NCBI GenBank assembly: GCA_035626775.1
Contig: DASPNA010000078.1
Coordinates: 42,771-106,770 of the forward strand
DNA from: Thermoanaerobaculia bacterium
GTDB taxonomy: Bacteria; Acidobacteriota; Thermoanaerobaculia; Gp7-AA8
Length of the DNA: 64,000 bases
Direction of reading: 5' to 3'
Below the pieces are notes generated by a model. The model made no database searches. It saw only the letters and a program-made list of their open reading frames with translations, and was not told where the DNA came from. A program made the position numbers and the translations under genes. Shown one piece after another: positions 19,090-29,815 of the stretch (its first letter is position 1; each line of letters opens with the position of its first letter).

Positions 19090-20745
19090 GTGCCGGGTCT
19101 CAAGAACCGCGAACACTATCCCGCGCTCGTGATCGGGACCGGCATTGCCGGACTCACGACCGCGTTCGCGCTGGCCAGCGCGGGCATCCGCGTGCTGCTG
19201 GTGACGAAGGCCACCGATCCCGCGGACTGCAACACGTCGTGGGCACAGGGCGGCATCATCTATCAGGGTGAGAACGACACGCCGGCGAAGCTGATCGGCG
19301 ACATCATCCGCGCCGGCGCCGGCATCTCCAACGAAGAAGCGGTGCGCTTCCTCGCCGAAGAAGGTCCGAAGGTCGTCAAGCAACTGCTGCTCGAGGAGAT
19401 CCATGTCCCCTTCTCCACGACCGTCGAAGGCGAGCTCGATCTCACGCAGGAAGGCGCGCATTCGGTGTCGCGCATCATTCACGCCGGCGACGCCACCGGC
19501 CGCGCGATCGAGACCTCTCTACTCAATCGCGTAAAGTCCGAGCCGAACATCACGCTCGCGACTGACGTGACCGCGATCGACCTTTTGTCGACGCACCATC
19601 ATCCGAACGACATCCAGGTGCGTTATCGCCTGACGAACGAATGCGTCGGCGTGTATCTGCTCGACAACAAGACCAACGACGTCTACACGATCTTCGCGGA
19701 CTACACGGTCCTGGCGACAGGCGGCGTGGGCCAGATCTATCTCCACACCACCAACACCAAGAACTCCCTCGGCGACGGCGTGGTGATGGCCAGCCGCGCG
19801 GGCGCGCGCATCATGAATGCCGAGTACGTGCAGTTCCACCCCACCGCGCTCGCCGACAAGAAAGCCAATCACTTCCTGATCTCCGAAGCGCTGCGCGGAG
19901 AAGGCGCGCGCCTGCGCAATCAGCGCGGCGAATACTTCATGGAGCGCTATTCGCCGGAGTTGAAGGACCTCGCGCCTCGCGACGTCGTGGCGCGCGCGAT
20001 CGTCGAGGAGATGACCCACAACAAAGAGGAGTTCATCTACCTCGACCTCGCCAATTTCTACCACGGGCCGCAGCCGATCGCGGAGCGCTTCCCGAACATC
20101 CGCGCGGCATGCGCGGCGATCGGGGTGGACATCGAGCGCGATCCGATTCCGGTCGTTCCCGCCGCGCACTATTTCTGCGGCGGCATCCTCGTCAACCCCC
20201 TCGGCGAAACGACATTGAGCCGGCTCTATGCGATCGGCGAAACATCATGCTCGGGAGTGCATGGTGCCAATCGTCTCGCGTCGACTTCACTGCTCGAAGG
20301 ATTGACGTGGGGCTATTACGCGGCGCAATCGATTCGCGAGAAACTCCATCGGCCGGCTTCGAGCGCATCGGCATCCGCGCTGCGCGCATTCTCATCGCTG
20401 CAACCGGGCAGCGGCGCGTTTCCGGATGCAATCGTGTCGACGATCCCCGACTGGCAGCCGCCCGGAAAGCAGAACCTGGAGGACCCCGCACTGATCCTGC
20501 AGGACTGGACGATCATCCAGCACACGATGTGGAACTACGTCGGCATCGTGCGCACGTACGAGCGCCTCAAGCGCGCCCTCGCCGACATGCAGCACCTCGG
20601 CAACCGCCTGACGAAGTACTACCACGAGTCGACGATCAGCAAGTCGATCGTGGAGCTGTTCCACGGGCAGCAGATGGCGTCGATCGTGGCCACGGCGGCG
20701 ATCCGCAACCCGCGCTCGATCGGGGCGCATTTCCGGAACGGCTAG
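19090..20745 (+). CDS. nadB: L-aspartate oxidase
   Basis: ALVIGTGIAGL FAD-binding motif at the N-terminus. Full-length (551 aa) NadB/fumarate-reductase-flavoprotein architecture. Confidence 0.9.
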   Translation: MPGLKNREHYPALVIGTGIAGLTTAFALASAGIRVLLVTKATDPADCNTSWAQGGIIYQGENDTPAKLIGDIIRAGAGISNEEAVRFLAEEGPKVVKQLLLEEIHVPFSTTVEGELDLTQEGAHSVSRIIHAGDATGRAIETSLLNRVKSEPNITLATDVTAIDLLSTHHHPNDIQVRYRLTNECVGVYLLDNKTNDVYTIFADYTVLATGGVGQIYLHTTNTKNSLGDGVVMASRAGARIMNAEYVQFHPTALADKKANHFLISEALRGEGARLRNQRGEYFMERYSPELKDLAPRDVVARAIVEEMTHNKEEFIYLDLANFYHGPQPIAERFPNIRAACAAIGVDIERDPIPVVPAAHYFCGGILVNPLGETTLSRLYAIGETSCSGVHGANRLASTSLLEGLTWGYYAAQSIREKLHRPASSASASALRAFSSLQPGSGAFPDAIVSTIPDWQPPGKQNLEDPALILQDWTIIQHTMWNYVGIVRTYERLKRALADMQHLGNRLTKYYHESTISKSIVELFHGQQMASIVATAAIRNPRSIGAHFRNG

Positions 20746-20914
20746 TTTCAATAACGTTATGGTATAACGCCATAACGCTCAAAAGCGCCACGCTTTTCTT
20801 CGTGGTGGCCCTGCTGTTCGCTCTTTCCACACACACCTCTTGCTCACGAACAAAAACGACGGGCACGAAACGCCGGTGTGGGGTCTCGAGCCGGTTTGTG
20901 TGGTCAGCGCGTGT

Positions 20915-21103
20915 ATCGATCCACGTTTTCGCAACACGCTCCGTATCTACAGCACGATGCAGATGCGCGTCTCGGTCGCGGTAGGCAACGTCACGATTCT
21001 CGTCGAGCACCTCACGGTCCCGTTGCCGATCCAGACGTGGGCGTTCATTACCGTCGCCAACAACGAAACGCAGGCGATCTCCACGATCACGCCGCAGCCG
21101 TAA
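20915..21103 (+). pseudogene. C-terminal fragment of a third IPT-paralog copy
   Basis: IDPRFRNTLRIYST...WAFITVANNETQAISTITPQP* matches the C-termini of the two downstream paralogs. It is followed by the same GGAGAAGA-ttcgATG junction. Confidence 0.5.
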
Positions 21104-21117
21104 CGGAGAAGAATTCG

Positions 21118-22113
21118 ATGCGATTCACGATCAAGCTCACGCTCCTGACGCTGCTCGCGACGTTGCCGCTCGCGGCGCAAACGAGCTACACCATCACTCC
21201 GGACAACGGTCCCACCTCCGGCGGCACACACGTCACGATCAAGGGCGACTTCGGCCAATGGCCGTATAGCGTGGACTTCGGCGACATCTCTGTGCCCGCG
21301 ACTCGCGTTGATGAGCACACGTTGACGGCGATCACGCCGCCGCACATGCCGGGCCGAGTCGACGTCGTGATCTTCGAGTACGACATCGGCATCACGACCG
21401 ATCTCACGTTCGAGTACATCGGGACCATGCCGGATGACTATGCACGGTTGCTTCTTCCGGTGTTTACGCCGGCCGTGCACGGCGCGTTCGGCTCGATCTT
21501 CGTCAGCGACCTGCGCGTGCTCAATTACGGAGGCATGTCGGCATCGATCCACGGCCTGGTGGCGGATTGTGCGCCGGTGATTTGCATCCCCTCCGAAGGT
21601 CCGTACGACCTCAGCCCGGGATCGGAAACGACGAACTTCGTCCCGAATGGCAATCCCGGCCGATTCGTGTACGTGAAGAAGGACCAGGCCGTGGGGCTGG
21701 CGATGAATCTGCGCGTATACGACACGACACGCGAGGCGCTCAACTTCGGCACCGAGATCCCGATCGTGCGCGAAGACGAGATGCCGCTGAACCGCGTCGT
21801 CTTCACGGGCGTCCCGACCGACCCGCGTTTTCGAAACACTTTGCGCATCTATTCGACGTTCCCATTCACGGCGATCGTCACCGTGGGCAATCGCGCGCCG
21901 GTACGCGTGCGGATGTTGGACACGACCGGGATCTACGATCCGTCTTACGCGATCTTCGGTGACTTTCCGGCGGACGGAAATCCCGTGCGCGTGACGATCG
22001 ATGCGGAGCTCGACTTCCAGACGCTGCTGCCGGTCGACGTACCGATCTGGGCGATGATCACGGTCACGAATAACGAAACGCAGATGATCTCGACGATCAC
22101 TCCGCAACCGTAA
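21118..22113 (+). CDS. Secreted IPT/TIG-domain protein, paralog 1
   Basis: Signal peptide MRFTIKLTLLTLLATLPLAAQ, then ITPDNGPTSGGTHVTIKG (IPT-like). About 90% identical to the next gene. Confidence 0.8.
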   Translation: MRFTIKLTLLTLLATLPLAAQTSYTITPDNGPTSGGTHVTIKGDFGQWPYSVDFGDISVPATRVDEHTLTAITPPHMPGRVDVVIFEYDIGITTDLTFEYIGTMPDDYARLLLPVFTPAVHGAFGSIFVSDLRVLNYGGMSASIHGLVADCAPVICIPSEGPYDLSPGSETTNFVPNGNPGRFVYVKKDQAVGLAMNLRVYDTTREALNFGTEIPIVREDEMPLNRVVFTGVPTDPRFRNTLRIYSTFPFTAIVTVGNRAPVRVRMLDTTGIYDPSYAIFGDFPADGNPVRVTIDAELDFQTLLPVDVPIWAMITVTNNETQMISTITPQP

Positions 22114-22127
22114 TGGAGAAGATTTCG

Positions 22128-23123
22128 ATGCGACTTACGCTCAAGCTCACGTTCCTGGTGCTGCTCGCGACATCGCCACTCGCGGCGCAAACGAACTACA
22201 CGATCACTCCGGACAACGGTCCCACCTCAGGCGGCACACACGTCACCATCAAGGGCGACTTCGGCCAATGGCCGTATGGCGTGATCTTCGGCGGCGTCTC
22301 TGTGCCCGCGACGCGCGTCGATGAGCACACGTTGACCGCAGTCACGCCGCCGCACATGCCCGGCAAGGTGGAGGTCGTCATCTTCGAGTTCGACATCGGC
22401 ATCAACACCGATCTCACGTTCGACTACATCGGGCCGGTCCCGGATGACTACGCACGGTTGCTCCTGCCGGTATTCACGCCGCCGGTGCACGGCGCGTTCG
22501 GCTCGCTGTTCTTCAGCAATCTGCGCGTACTGAACTACGGAGGCGCGACAGCATCGATCTACGGGCTCGAAATGGTCTGCGCGCCGATCCTCTGCATCCC
22601 GTTCGAAGGTCCGTTCGACCTCGGCCCCGGCTCAGAATCGACGGACTTCGTCCCGAACGGCAATCCCGGCCGCTTCGTGTACGTGAAGAAGGATCAGGCC
22701 GTGGGGCTGGCGATGAATTTACGCGTGTACGACACGACGCGCGAAGCGCTCAACTTCGGCACCGAGATCCCGATCGTGCGCGAGGAGGAGATGCCGCTGA
22801 ACCGCGTCGTCTTCACGGGCGTCCCGACCGATCCGCGTTTTCGCAACACGCTGCGCATCTATTCGACGTTCCCATTCACGGCGATCGTGACGATCGGAAA
22901 TCGACCGCCGGTGCGCGTGCGGATGTCGGACACCAACGGCATTCACGATCCGTCGTACGCCCAGTTCGGCGACTTTCCGACCGACGGCAATCCAGTACGC
23001 GTGACGATCGACGCGGAGCTCGACTTCCAGACGCTGCTGCCGGTCGACGTACCGATCTGGGCGATGATCACGGTCACGAACAACGAAACGCAGATGATCT
23101 CGACGATCACGCCGCAACCGTGA
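22128..23123 (+). CDS. Secreted IPT/TIG-domain protein, paralog 2
   Basis: MRLTLKLTFLVLLATSPLAAQ...; tandem duplicate of 21118..22113. An alternative ATG at 22113 would overlap as TAATG. Confidence 0.8.
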   Translation: MRLTLKLTFLVLLATSPLAAQTNYTITPDNGPTSGGTHVTIKGDFGQWPYGVIFGGVSVPATRVDEHTLTAVTPPHMPGKVEVVIFEFDIGINTDLTFDYIGPVPDDYARLLLPVFTPPVHGAFGSLFFSNLRVLNYGGATASIYGLEMVCAPILCIPFEGPFDLGPGSESTDFVPNGNPGRFVYVKKDQAVGLAMNLRVYDTTREALNFGTEIPIVREEEMPLNRVVFTGVPTDPRFRNTLRIYSTFPFTAIVTIGNRPPVRVRMSDTNGIHDPSYAQFGDFPTDGNPVRVTIDAELDFQTLLPVDVPIWAMITVTNNETQMISTITPQP

Positions 23124-23220
23124 CGAGGGGTCCCTCGGGTTCCTCGGTTCCTCGGGTTCCTCGGTGGGATAGGTTGCCCAATCGCCCACCCCGAGGAACC
23201 CGAGGAACCCCGAGGAACCG
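23124..23220. repeat. Palindromic element family 1
   Basis: gaggggtccctcgggttcctcggttcctcgggttcctcgg ... ccgaggaacccgaggaaccccgaggaaccg, between convergent genes. Confidence 0.75.
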
Positions 23221-23224
23221 TTTT

Positions 23225-24523
23225 TCAGTCGCAAGGCCGGTCCGGCGTACACAGGACCGCCGGTGCGAGTGCGAGACCGGCGAATGGATTGATGGGGCGC
23301 GCGTGGCCGGCGCAGAGTCTGTCCTCTGACGGCACAGGAACCCAGATCCACCACTTTTCCGGCGTGCCGGAGAGTGAGCCGTACCAGACGCCGGACGCGG
23401 GGCCACTCGTCGACGATGGATGCAGTTCGCGAACGCGCGACACGTCGACGAGCTCCGGCTCCGACCATGTCGCCACCGTCGGATCGAGCGATGTCGCGGT
23501 CTGCGCGTGCATCACATCTGCGAACACATACGCGTGCAGCCAGCGGCCGTTGCCGAATTTCACGTCGCCCGCGCCGAAGCGGAAGCCGGCTTCCTGCACG
23601 CCGTTGTAGAGCTCGAGCACCGCGTTGCCTTCGTCAGGCGGCAACTGTGCGCCGGTCGGATCATCGTCGTACGCCCACACCAGTCTGCCGGAATGCGGCT
23701 GCCAGCGGCCTTCGAGAAAGATCTCGCGCACGCTGCCACCGAATCCAAACGGATGATCGGCGTTGTAATCGAAGCGATAGAGCACCGACGACAACGCGCG
23801 GTCGTAAGTCGGATTGGAACTGCGCGGATGGTAGTACTGGAAAAACACGTAGAAAAGACCGTTCTCGAATGCGACCTGCACCTGTCCGATGCCCGACGGC
23901 GATGTACACGCCGGCGCGCTGAACGGCGCATTCTCGGATTGCGTGTACTTCGCGTAGATCACCGGTCCCCAGTTTTCGGTTTCGGCAACGAGGCCGCGCG
24001 CATAGACCTCCCACACCTCACCGTCATTCGAAACCGCCCAATAGATCTTGCCGTGGATGAAATCGGCGTTGCCGCCGACGAAGGCCATGTAGTAACGGAC
24101 GCCGGTCGGGCTGTTTTCATTCGGCAGCCGGACGACCGACGGACTGGCAAGCGGCCCGGAGTGGAACCATGATTCGAATCCGCAGCGCCTGTACTGTCCG
24201 GTGATCGCGGGACAGACATTCGCGTAAGAGTCGACGTTCGCAGGCAACGTCCACGCGCCATCGAGGCCGTTGCGCGCGCCGCGGAAAAGCGTATCGAGCG
24301 CGACGTCGGTGCAGTAGTTCGGCGCCGCGGCCTGCGCCATGACTCCGAGATCGATCCCGTTCGGCAGGAGATGAATGTCGGGGTCGTACCAGGTGCGGCT
24401 GCACGTATTCGTGCCCGCTGGTGTGGCGATCGGGAGCGAGCGATAGATCGTGCCGATGGAGTACTGGGCGATTGCCTTCGATGAAAGCAGCAGCGCGATG
24501 CCGGCAATGACAACGCGGGACAT
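23225..24523 (-). CDS. Secreted hypothetical protein
   Basis: Signal peptide MSRVVIAGIALLLSSKAIAQ. 432-aa open frame, Trp/Tyr/Gly-rich. Confidence 0.6.
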   Translation of the reverse strand: MSRVVIAGIALLLSSKAIAQYSIGTIYRSLPIATPAGTNTCSRTWYDPDIHLLPNGIDLGVMAQAAAPNYCTDVALDTLFRGARNGLDGAWTLPANVDSYANVCPAITGQYRRCGFESWFHSGPLASPSVVRLPNENSPTGVRYYMAFVGGNADFIHGKIYWAVSNDGEVWEVYARGLVAETENWGPVIYAKYTQSENAPFSAPACTSPSGIGQVQVAFENGLFYVFFQYYHPRSSNPTYDRALSSVLYRFDYNADHPFGFGGSVREIFLEGRWQPHSGRLVWAYDDDPTGAQLPPDEGNAVLELYNGVQEAGFRFGAGDVKFGNGRWLHAYVFADVMHAQTATSLDPTVATWSEPELVDVSRVRELHPSSTSGPASGVWYGSLSGTPEKWWIWVPVPSEDRLCAGHARPINPFAGLALAPAVLCTPDRPCD

Positions 24524-24527
24524 GACT

Positions 24528-25553
24528 TTAGAAGAGTTTGCCTTCGTGCGCGCCGCCGAGCGGGTAGCCGAGATGCGCGTAGGCAGTACGGCTGGCGACG
24601 CGGCCGCGCGGCGTGCGTTGCAGGAAGCCGATCTGGATGAGGTAGGGCTCGTAGAGATCTTCGATCGTGCCGCGATCTTCGCCGATCGACGATGAGAGAG
24701 CGTTCACACCGACCGGGCCGCCGCGGAACCGCTCGATGATCGTCGTGAGCAGCTTGCGATCGATCTCGTCTAGGCCGTACTCATCGACCTCGAGCATGCT
24801 CAGCGCGCCGCGCGCAATCGCCACATCCACTCTCCCCTCATGCCGCACCTCGGCGAAATCACGAACGCGGCGCAGCAGACGATTGGCGATGCGAGGTGTC
24901 CCGCGGGAACGGCGTGCGATCTCCACGGCCGCTTCCGGAGCAACTGCGATGCCGAGGATGTCGGCGGAGCGGCTGACGATGACGGTGAGCGATTCGACGT
25001 CGTAGAAATCGAGGCGATGCACGATGCCGAATCGCGCGCGCAACGGCGCCGTCAATAGTCCCGCTCGCGTCGTTGCGCCAACCAGGGTGAAGCGCGGCAG
25101 CTCGACCTTGAGCGTGCGTGCGGCCGGACCCTGGCCGATGACGACGTCGACGTGAAAGTCTTCCATCGCGGAGTACAGCACTTCTTCGACGATGGGAGGC
25201 AGACGATGGATCTCGTCGATGAACAGCACGTCGCCTGCTTCGAGGTTCGTTACGATCGCGACGAGGTCGCCGGGCTTCTCCAGCGCCGGACCGGAGGTAG
25301 AGCGCATGCTCGCGTTCATCTCGTTCGCGATGATGTTCGCGAGCGTGGTCTTGCCGAGGCCGGGCGGGCCGAAGAGAAGTACGTGATCGAGCGATTCGCT
25401 GCGCTTGCGCGCGGCGCTCAATGAGATCTCGAGGTTCGCTTTGACCTTGTGCTGGCCGATGTACTCGCGCAGAAGGCGCGGCCGCAGCGAGAGCTCGGTC
25501 TGAAGATCTTCCTGGTCTGGTGTCGGAGCGAGGATGCGGTCGTCCGTGGTCAC
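24528..25553 (-). CDS. ruvB: Holliday junction branch-migration helicase
   Basis: [14 protein letters not shown] (Walker A) and DEIHRL, full RuvB length. Confidence 0.95.
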   Translation of the reverse strand: MTTDDRILAPTPDQEDLQTELSLRPRLLREYIGQHKVKANLEISLSAARKRSESLDHVLLFGPPGLGKTTLANIIANEMNASMRSTSGPALEKPGDLVAIVTNLEAGDVLFIDEIHRLPPIVEEVLYSAMEDFHVDVVIGQGPAARTLKVELPRFTLVGATTRAGLLTAPLRARFGIVHRLDFYDVESLTVIVSRSADILGIAVAPEAAVEIARRSRGTPRIANRLLRRVRDFAEVRHEGRVDVAIARGALSMLEVDEYGLDEIDRKLLTTIIERFRGGPVGVNALSSSIGEDRGTIEDLYEPYLIQIGFLQRTPRGRVASRTAYAHLGYPLGGAHEGKLF

Positions 25554-27232
25554 TGCGCCGTAGTGTAGCCGAGCGTCGATGATGCGGCCGCGGACGCAAC
25601 GCGCGTGGGCAGCGATACCGTGATCGAGCTGCCCGCGCCTTCGCTCGACGTCACGTCGATCTTCCCTCCATGCTCCTGCACGATGCGATACGAGATGGCC
25701 ATGCCCAGGCCGGTGCCGGTGGGAAAGTTCGTGCGGAAGGGCTGGAAGAGGCGGCGCAGATCGGCTTGCGACATGCCGCGGCCGTTGTCGGAGAACGTGA
25801 TGCGATACGAGCCGTCGACGACAGTCGTGCGGACGGTGAGCACACCACCTTGCGGCATGGCCTGCACCGCGTTGCGCGCCAGGTTCCAGAACACCTGGCG
25901 GATCTGGTCGGCATCGCCGACGAGATGGAACGACGGCGGATCGATGTCGCGGCGGATCTCATGATTGCGATGGAGCTCGGGCGAGTTCTGCAAAAGATCG
26001 AGCGTTTCGGAAAGGTTGGCTGCGACGTCGTACTCCAGCGCGCGTTTTTCCTGCGGACGGACGAAGCGGAGAAAGTCGGAGATCGATTTATTCAACCGCT
26101 CCGATTCTTTCAGCACGATCGACATGAGGCGCTGTTCCTGCGCGGTCAGTGACGTCGATCCTTTGAGCACTTGCACCGATCCTGCGATGGCGGCGAGCGG
26201 ATTTCGGATCTCGTGCGCGATGCCGGCGGACAGCTCGCCCACCGCGGCCATCCTGTCCTTGAGGCGAAGCTCGGCCTCGAGCTTCTTCATCTCGGTGAGG
26301 TCCTGAAAGATGAGCGTGTAGCCCGCGGCAGCACCTTCCAGCGTGCTGAGTGGACTGACCGCGAAGCCGATGTTTCGCGCCGCGCCGGCCACGGTCACGT
26401 CGTCGATCTCCTTGCGCACGACGACACCCGCCGCGAGCTCTTCCCGTGCCTCGTTCCAGTGGTCCATGTCCAGAAAACCGAGCTCCGTCACGTGCCGGCC
26501 GAGAATCGCTTGCGGTTCCATCTGCAGGATCTGCGAGCCGGCGGGATTCACGAACGATGCGGTGCCGAACGACGAGAGCGTGATGAGGCCGGACGGGATC
26601 GATTCGACGACGTTCTGATTGAGCGCGCGGAGCTCGGCGAGGTTCTGGCGATTCGCATCGAGCTCGCGCGCGGTGCGCTGCAATTGTTCGGAGAGATACG
26701 ACGTGAGCAGCGCGGTCGCGTAGAAGCCGAGGAAGTTCGCGGCCATGTTGAAGTAGAGGCGCGAGGCGGACCAGTCGATCTCCAGCGACTGCGACTGCGC
26801 GGGCATCGGCAGCACGCGGTAGTAGAGAAGGTCGACCAGAACGCCGTAAAGGATCACCGCGCCCGATGCGGCGAGCAAACCGCCGCGCCGATAGAGCAGC
26901 ATCGACGCGGTGATGATCGAGACGAGATAGAGAAACGAGAACGGGGAATCGAGTCCGCCGGTAAAGTAGACCAGTAGTGTCTCGACGAGCAGATCGCCGG
27001 CGATCTGGATCATCACGTTCACGGCGCGCGACGGGACCGTAAAAGCGAGCCCGATGTAGAGGAGCGTGAGCGCGTACGTCACGCCGGCGGCGATGTAGAG
27101 GTAGTCGATGGGCAGGACTTCGCCGACCGTGTATTGAATGATGAGCGCGGCCAGCAGCAGCGTGGTGACGACGACCACGCGGACCGCGATGAGCATGCGG
27201 GTGTCGCTGGACATGGTCGGCACGCGACTCAT
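25550..27232 (-). CDS. Sensor histidine kinase (N-terminal TM region, PAS, HisKA, HATPase)
   Basis: [11 protein letters not shown]-box plus a G-x-G-L-G ATPase block. ATG at 27232. 4-nt overlap with ruvB. The extension to 27310 in the ORF track is repeat-derived. Confidence 0.85.
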   Translation of the reverse strand: MSRVPTMSSDTRMLIAVRVVVVTTLLLAALIIQYTVGEVLPIDYLYIAAGVTYALTLLYIGLAFTVPSRAVNVMIQIAGDLLVETLLVYFTGGLDSPFSFLYLVSIITASMLLYRRGGLLAASGAVILYGVLVDLLYYRVLPMPAQSQSLEIDWSASRLYFNMAANFLGFYATALLTSYLSEQLQRTARELDANRQNLAELRALNQNVVESIPSGLITLSSFGTASFVNPAGSQILQMEPQAILGRHVTELGFLDMDHWNEAREELAAGVVVRKEIDDVTVAGAARNIGFAVSPLSTLEGAAAGYTLIFQDLTEMKKLEAELRLKDRMAAVGELSAGIAHEIRNPLAAIAGSVQVLKGSTSLTAQEQRLMSIVLKESERLNKSISDFLRFVRPQEKRALEYDVAANLSETLDLLQNSPELHRNHEIRRDIDPPSFHLVGDADQIRQVFWNLARNAVQAMPQGGVLTVRTTVVDGSYRITFSDNGRGMSQADLRRLFQPFRTNFPTGTGLGMAISYRIVQEHGGKIDVTSSEGAGSSITVSLPTRVASAAASSTLGYTTAQ

Positions 27233-27236
27233 GGTA

Positions 27237-27342
27237 ACCCTCGCCCCGCTTGCGGGGAGAGGGTGGCGCGCAGCGCCGGGTGAGGGGGACCCCTCATCCG
27301 CCTGCGGCACCTTCTCCCCTCGCGGAGGGGAGAAGGCTACCT
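27237..27342. repeat. Palindromic element family 4, permuted or tandem-partial arrangement
   Basis: ccctcgccccgcttgcggggagagggtggc...ccgggtgaggggg acccctcatccgcctgcggcaccttctcccctcgcggaggggagaaggctac. Confidence 0.7.
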
Positions 27343-27351
27343 GGGCGGCGT

Positions 27352-28554
27352 CTATCCGATCTGCGAGATCAGCGAGAACATCGGCATGTACATCGCGATG
27401 ACGATGCCGCCGATGGCGACGCCGAGGAAGGCGATCAGGACCGGCTCGAGGAGTTTCATGAGGCCGGCCACCGCGAGATCGACTTCGTCCTCGTAAAAGT
27501 CGGCGATTTTCGAAAGCATCGTGTCGAGCGCACCGGTCTGCTCGCCGACCGCGATCATCTGCACGACCATCGGCGGGAACACTTCGGTGTCACCGAGCGG
27601 CTCGCTGATCGTCTTGCCCTCTTCGACCGACTTGCGCGTGGCCATGATCGCGTCCTCGATGATTGAATTGCCGGCGGTGCGCGCCGTGATCTGCAGGCCG
27701 TCGAGGATCGGAACGCCCGACGAAGTCAGCGTCGACAACGTGCGGCAGAAACGGGCCACGGCGATCTTGCGCAGCAGCATGCCCAGGACCGGCGCGCGCA
27801 GCAGCAACCCGTCGATGACGCGCTTCCCTTTGTACGTCTCGCGATACTTGCGCACTGCGTAGACGGCGACGATGGCCAGGATGGTGATGAGCCACCAGAA
27901 GTCGCCGATGAAGTTCGACATCGCGATGACGACGCGCGTCGGCAGCGGCAGCTCCGCGCCGAGGCTGGCAAAGAGGGAGGCGAACACCGGGATGACCTTC
28001 CAGAGAATGATCATCACGACGATGACGGCGATGCTGATGACGGCGACCGGATAGATCATCGCCGACTTCACCTGTGAGTTCAGCTTGACCGACTTTTCGA
28101 TGTAGGTGGCCAGGCGCTGCAGGATGGTGTCGAGGATACCGCCCGCCTCACCGGCGGCGACCATGTTCGTGTAGAGATCGTTGAAGACCTTGGGGTGCTT
28201 GCGCATCGCGTCGGCGAGGTTGGAGCCGGACTCGACGTCCTGCCGCACCTGGATCAGCGTGCGCTTGAAAGCCTTGTGATCCTGCTGCGAACCGAGGATC
28301 TCCAGACACTGCACGAGTGGGAGACCGGCGTCGATCATGACCGAGAACTGGCGCGTGAAGATCGCCACCGACTGGGCCGGAACGCCGCCGCCGAACTTCG
28401 GCAGCGCGATCTCCTTCCCTTTTTCCTTGACGGCGGTGACGACGATCTGCTGCCGCCGCATCATGTTGATGACGGCGTCTTTCGAGTCGGCCACCAGCAC
28501 ACCTGTCTGCGTCTGACCGTTTCTCGCTGTGCCCTTCCACTCGAATGTCGGCAT
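27352..28554 (-). CDS. pilC: Type IV pilus assembly platform protein (GspF family)
   Basis: 400 aa. Two GspF-type repeats and three TM segments. Confidence 0.9.
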   Translation of the reverse strand: MPTFEWKGTARNGQTQTGVLVADSKDAVINMMRRQQIVVTAVKEKGKEIALPKFGGGVPAQSVAIFTRQFSVMIDAGLPLVQCLEILGSQQDHKAFKRTLIQVRQDVESGSNLADAMRKHPKVFNDLYTNMVAAGEAGGILDTILQRLATYIEKSVKLNSQVKSAMIYPVAVISIAVIVVMIILWKVIPVFASLFASLGAELPLPTRVVIAMSNFIGDFWWLITILAIVAVYAVRKYRETYKGKRVIDGLLLRAPVLGMLLRKIAVARFCRTLSTLTSSGVPILDGLQITARTAGNSIIEDAIMATRKSVEEGKTISEPLGDTEVFPPMVVQMIAVGEQTGALDTMLSKIADFYEDEVDLAVAGLMKLLEPVLIAFLGVAIGGIVIAMYMPMFSLISQIG

Positions 28555-28571
28555 CGTTTCCTCCCATCGCC

Positions 28572-28637
28572 CTGGAGCGACGGGCTCTCAGCCCGTCGAG
28601 CCCTGCATTTCGACGGGCCGAGAGCCCGTCGCTCCAG
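28572..28637. repeat. Palindromic element family 3, full copy
   Basis: ctggagcgacgggctctcagcccgtcg agccctgcatttcga cgggccgagagcccgtcgctccag. Confidence 0.75.
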
Positions 28638-28651
28638 TTCAGCTCCCGATT

Positions 28652-29779
28652 TTACGCCGGTCTTGGTCTCGCGCCCGCCGACGCAGGCGGACCCTGCGGG
28701 ACGATGGCGCCCGCGCCGCGCGAGATCATCTCCTGCAGCTCGTCCGGATTGGACGAGCGCGCCAACGCGGTCTGCAACGTGATCAGCTTCTTGAAGTACA
28801 GGGTCGCCAGCGACTGATTGAACGTCTGCATGCCGTACTTCGCCTGTCCGGTCTGCATCATCGAGTAGATCTGATGCACCTTGTCTTCACGGATGAGGTT
28901 GCGGATGGCGGGGTTCGGTACGAGGATCTCCATGGCCATGGCGCGGCCTTTTCCGTTCGCCTTGGGCAACAACGCCTGGCAGAGGATGCCTTCCAGCACG
29001 AACGACAACTGCGCGCGGATCTGCGGCTGCTGGTGCGCGGGAAAGACGTCGACGACGCGGTTGATCGTCTGCGCGGCCGAGTTCGTGTGCAGCGTGCCGA
29101 ACGTGAGGTGGCCCGTTTCGGCGATGCGCAGCGCCGACTCGATGGTCTCGAGGTCGCGCATCTCGCCGATGAGTACCACGTCGGGATCCTGACGCAGGGC
29201 GGACTTCAGCGAGTTGCCGAACGAGTGCGTATCGGCGTGCAGCTCGCGCTGGTTGACGATGCAGCTCTTGTGTTGATGGAGGAACTCGACCGGATCTTCG
29301 ATGGTGATGATGTGCTGATGGGTCTCGCGATTGATCTTGTCGATCATCGCGGCGAGCGTCGTCGATTTGCCCGAGCCGGTCGGACCGGTGACGAGCACGA
29401 GGCCGCGCGGCTTGCTGCAGATCTCTTCGACGACCGGCGGCAGTCCGAGCTCCTTGAAGCCGAGGATCTCGTACGGAATCTGCCGGTAGACCGCGGCCGT
29501 CGCGCCGCGCTGGTTGAAGATGTTCGCGCGGAAGCGCGCCAGCCCCTTGATGCCGAACGAAAGGTCGAGCTCGAGGTTTTCCTCGAAGCGATGCTTCTGC
29601 GCGTCGGTGAGCACCGAATACGCGAGCTGCTTGGTCTCCGGCGCGGTGAGCGGCGGGATGTCGAGCGGCACCAGCTTGCCGTCGATGCGAATCTGCGGAG
29701 GGGAGTTGGTCGTGACGTGGAGGTCGGAGCCTCCGCGCTCGACCATCGTCTTGAGGAGCTGGTGCAGTGTGATGGCCAT
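28652..29779 (-). CDS. pilT: Type IV pilus retraction ATPase
   Basis: MAITLHQLLKTMVERGGSDLH..., GPTGSGKSTTLAAMI (Walker A). ATG at 29779. The upstream ORF extension is derived from the AT-rich palindrome. Confidence 0.9.
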   Translation of the reverse strand: MAITLHQLLKTMVERGGSDLHVTTNSPPQIRIDGKLVPLDIPPLTAPETKQLAYSVLTDAQKHRFEENLELDLSFGIKGLARFRANIFNQRGATAAVYRQIPYEILGFKELGLPPVVEEICSKPRGLVLVTGPTGSGKSTTLAAMIDKINRETHQHIITIEDPVEFLHQHKSCIVNQRELHADTHSFGNSLKSALRQDPDVVLIGEMRDLETIESALRIAETGHLTFGTLHTNSAAQTINRVVDVFPAHQQPQIRAQLSFVLEGILCQALLPKANGKGRAMAMEILVPNPAIRNLIREDKVHQIYSMMQTGQAKYGMQTFNQSLATLYFKKLITLQTALARSSNPDELQEMISRGAGAIVPQGPPASAGARPRPA

Positions 29780-29815
29780 TGGTCCTGTCTCTCCAGTGCT
29801 ACATGCTTCGCGAGT

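Noticed and set aside
24165-24185. tRNA T-arm-like GATTCGAATCC
   Set aside because: Lies inside a well-supported CDS with no acceptor or anticodon structure around it.
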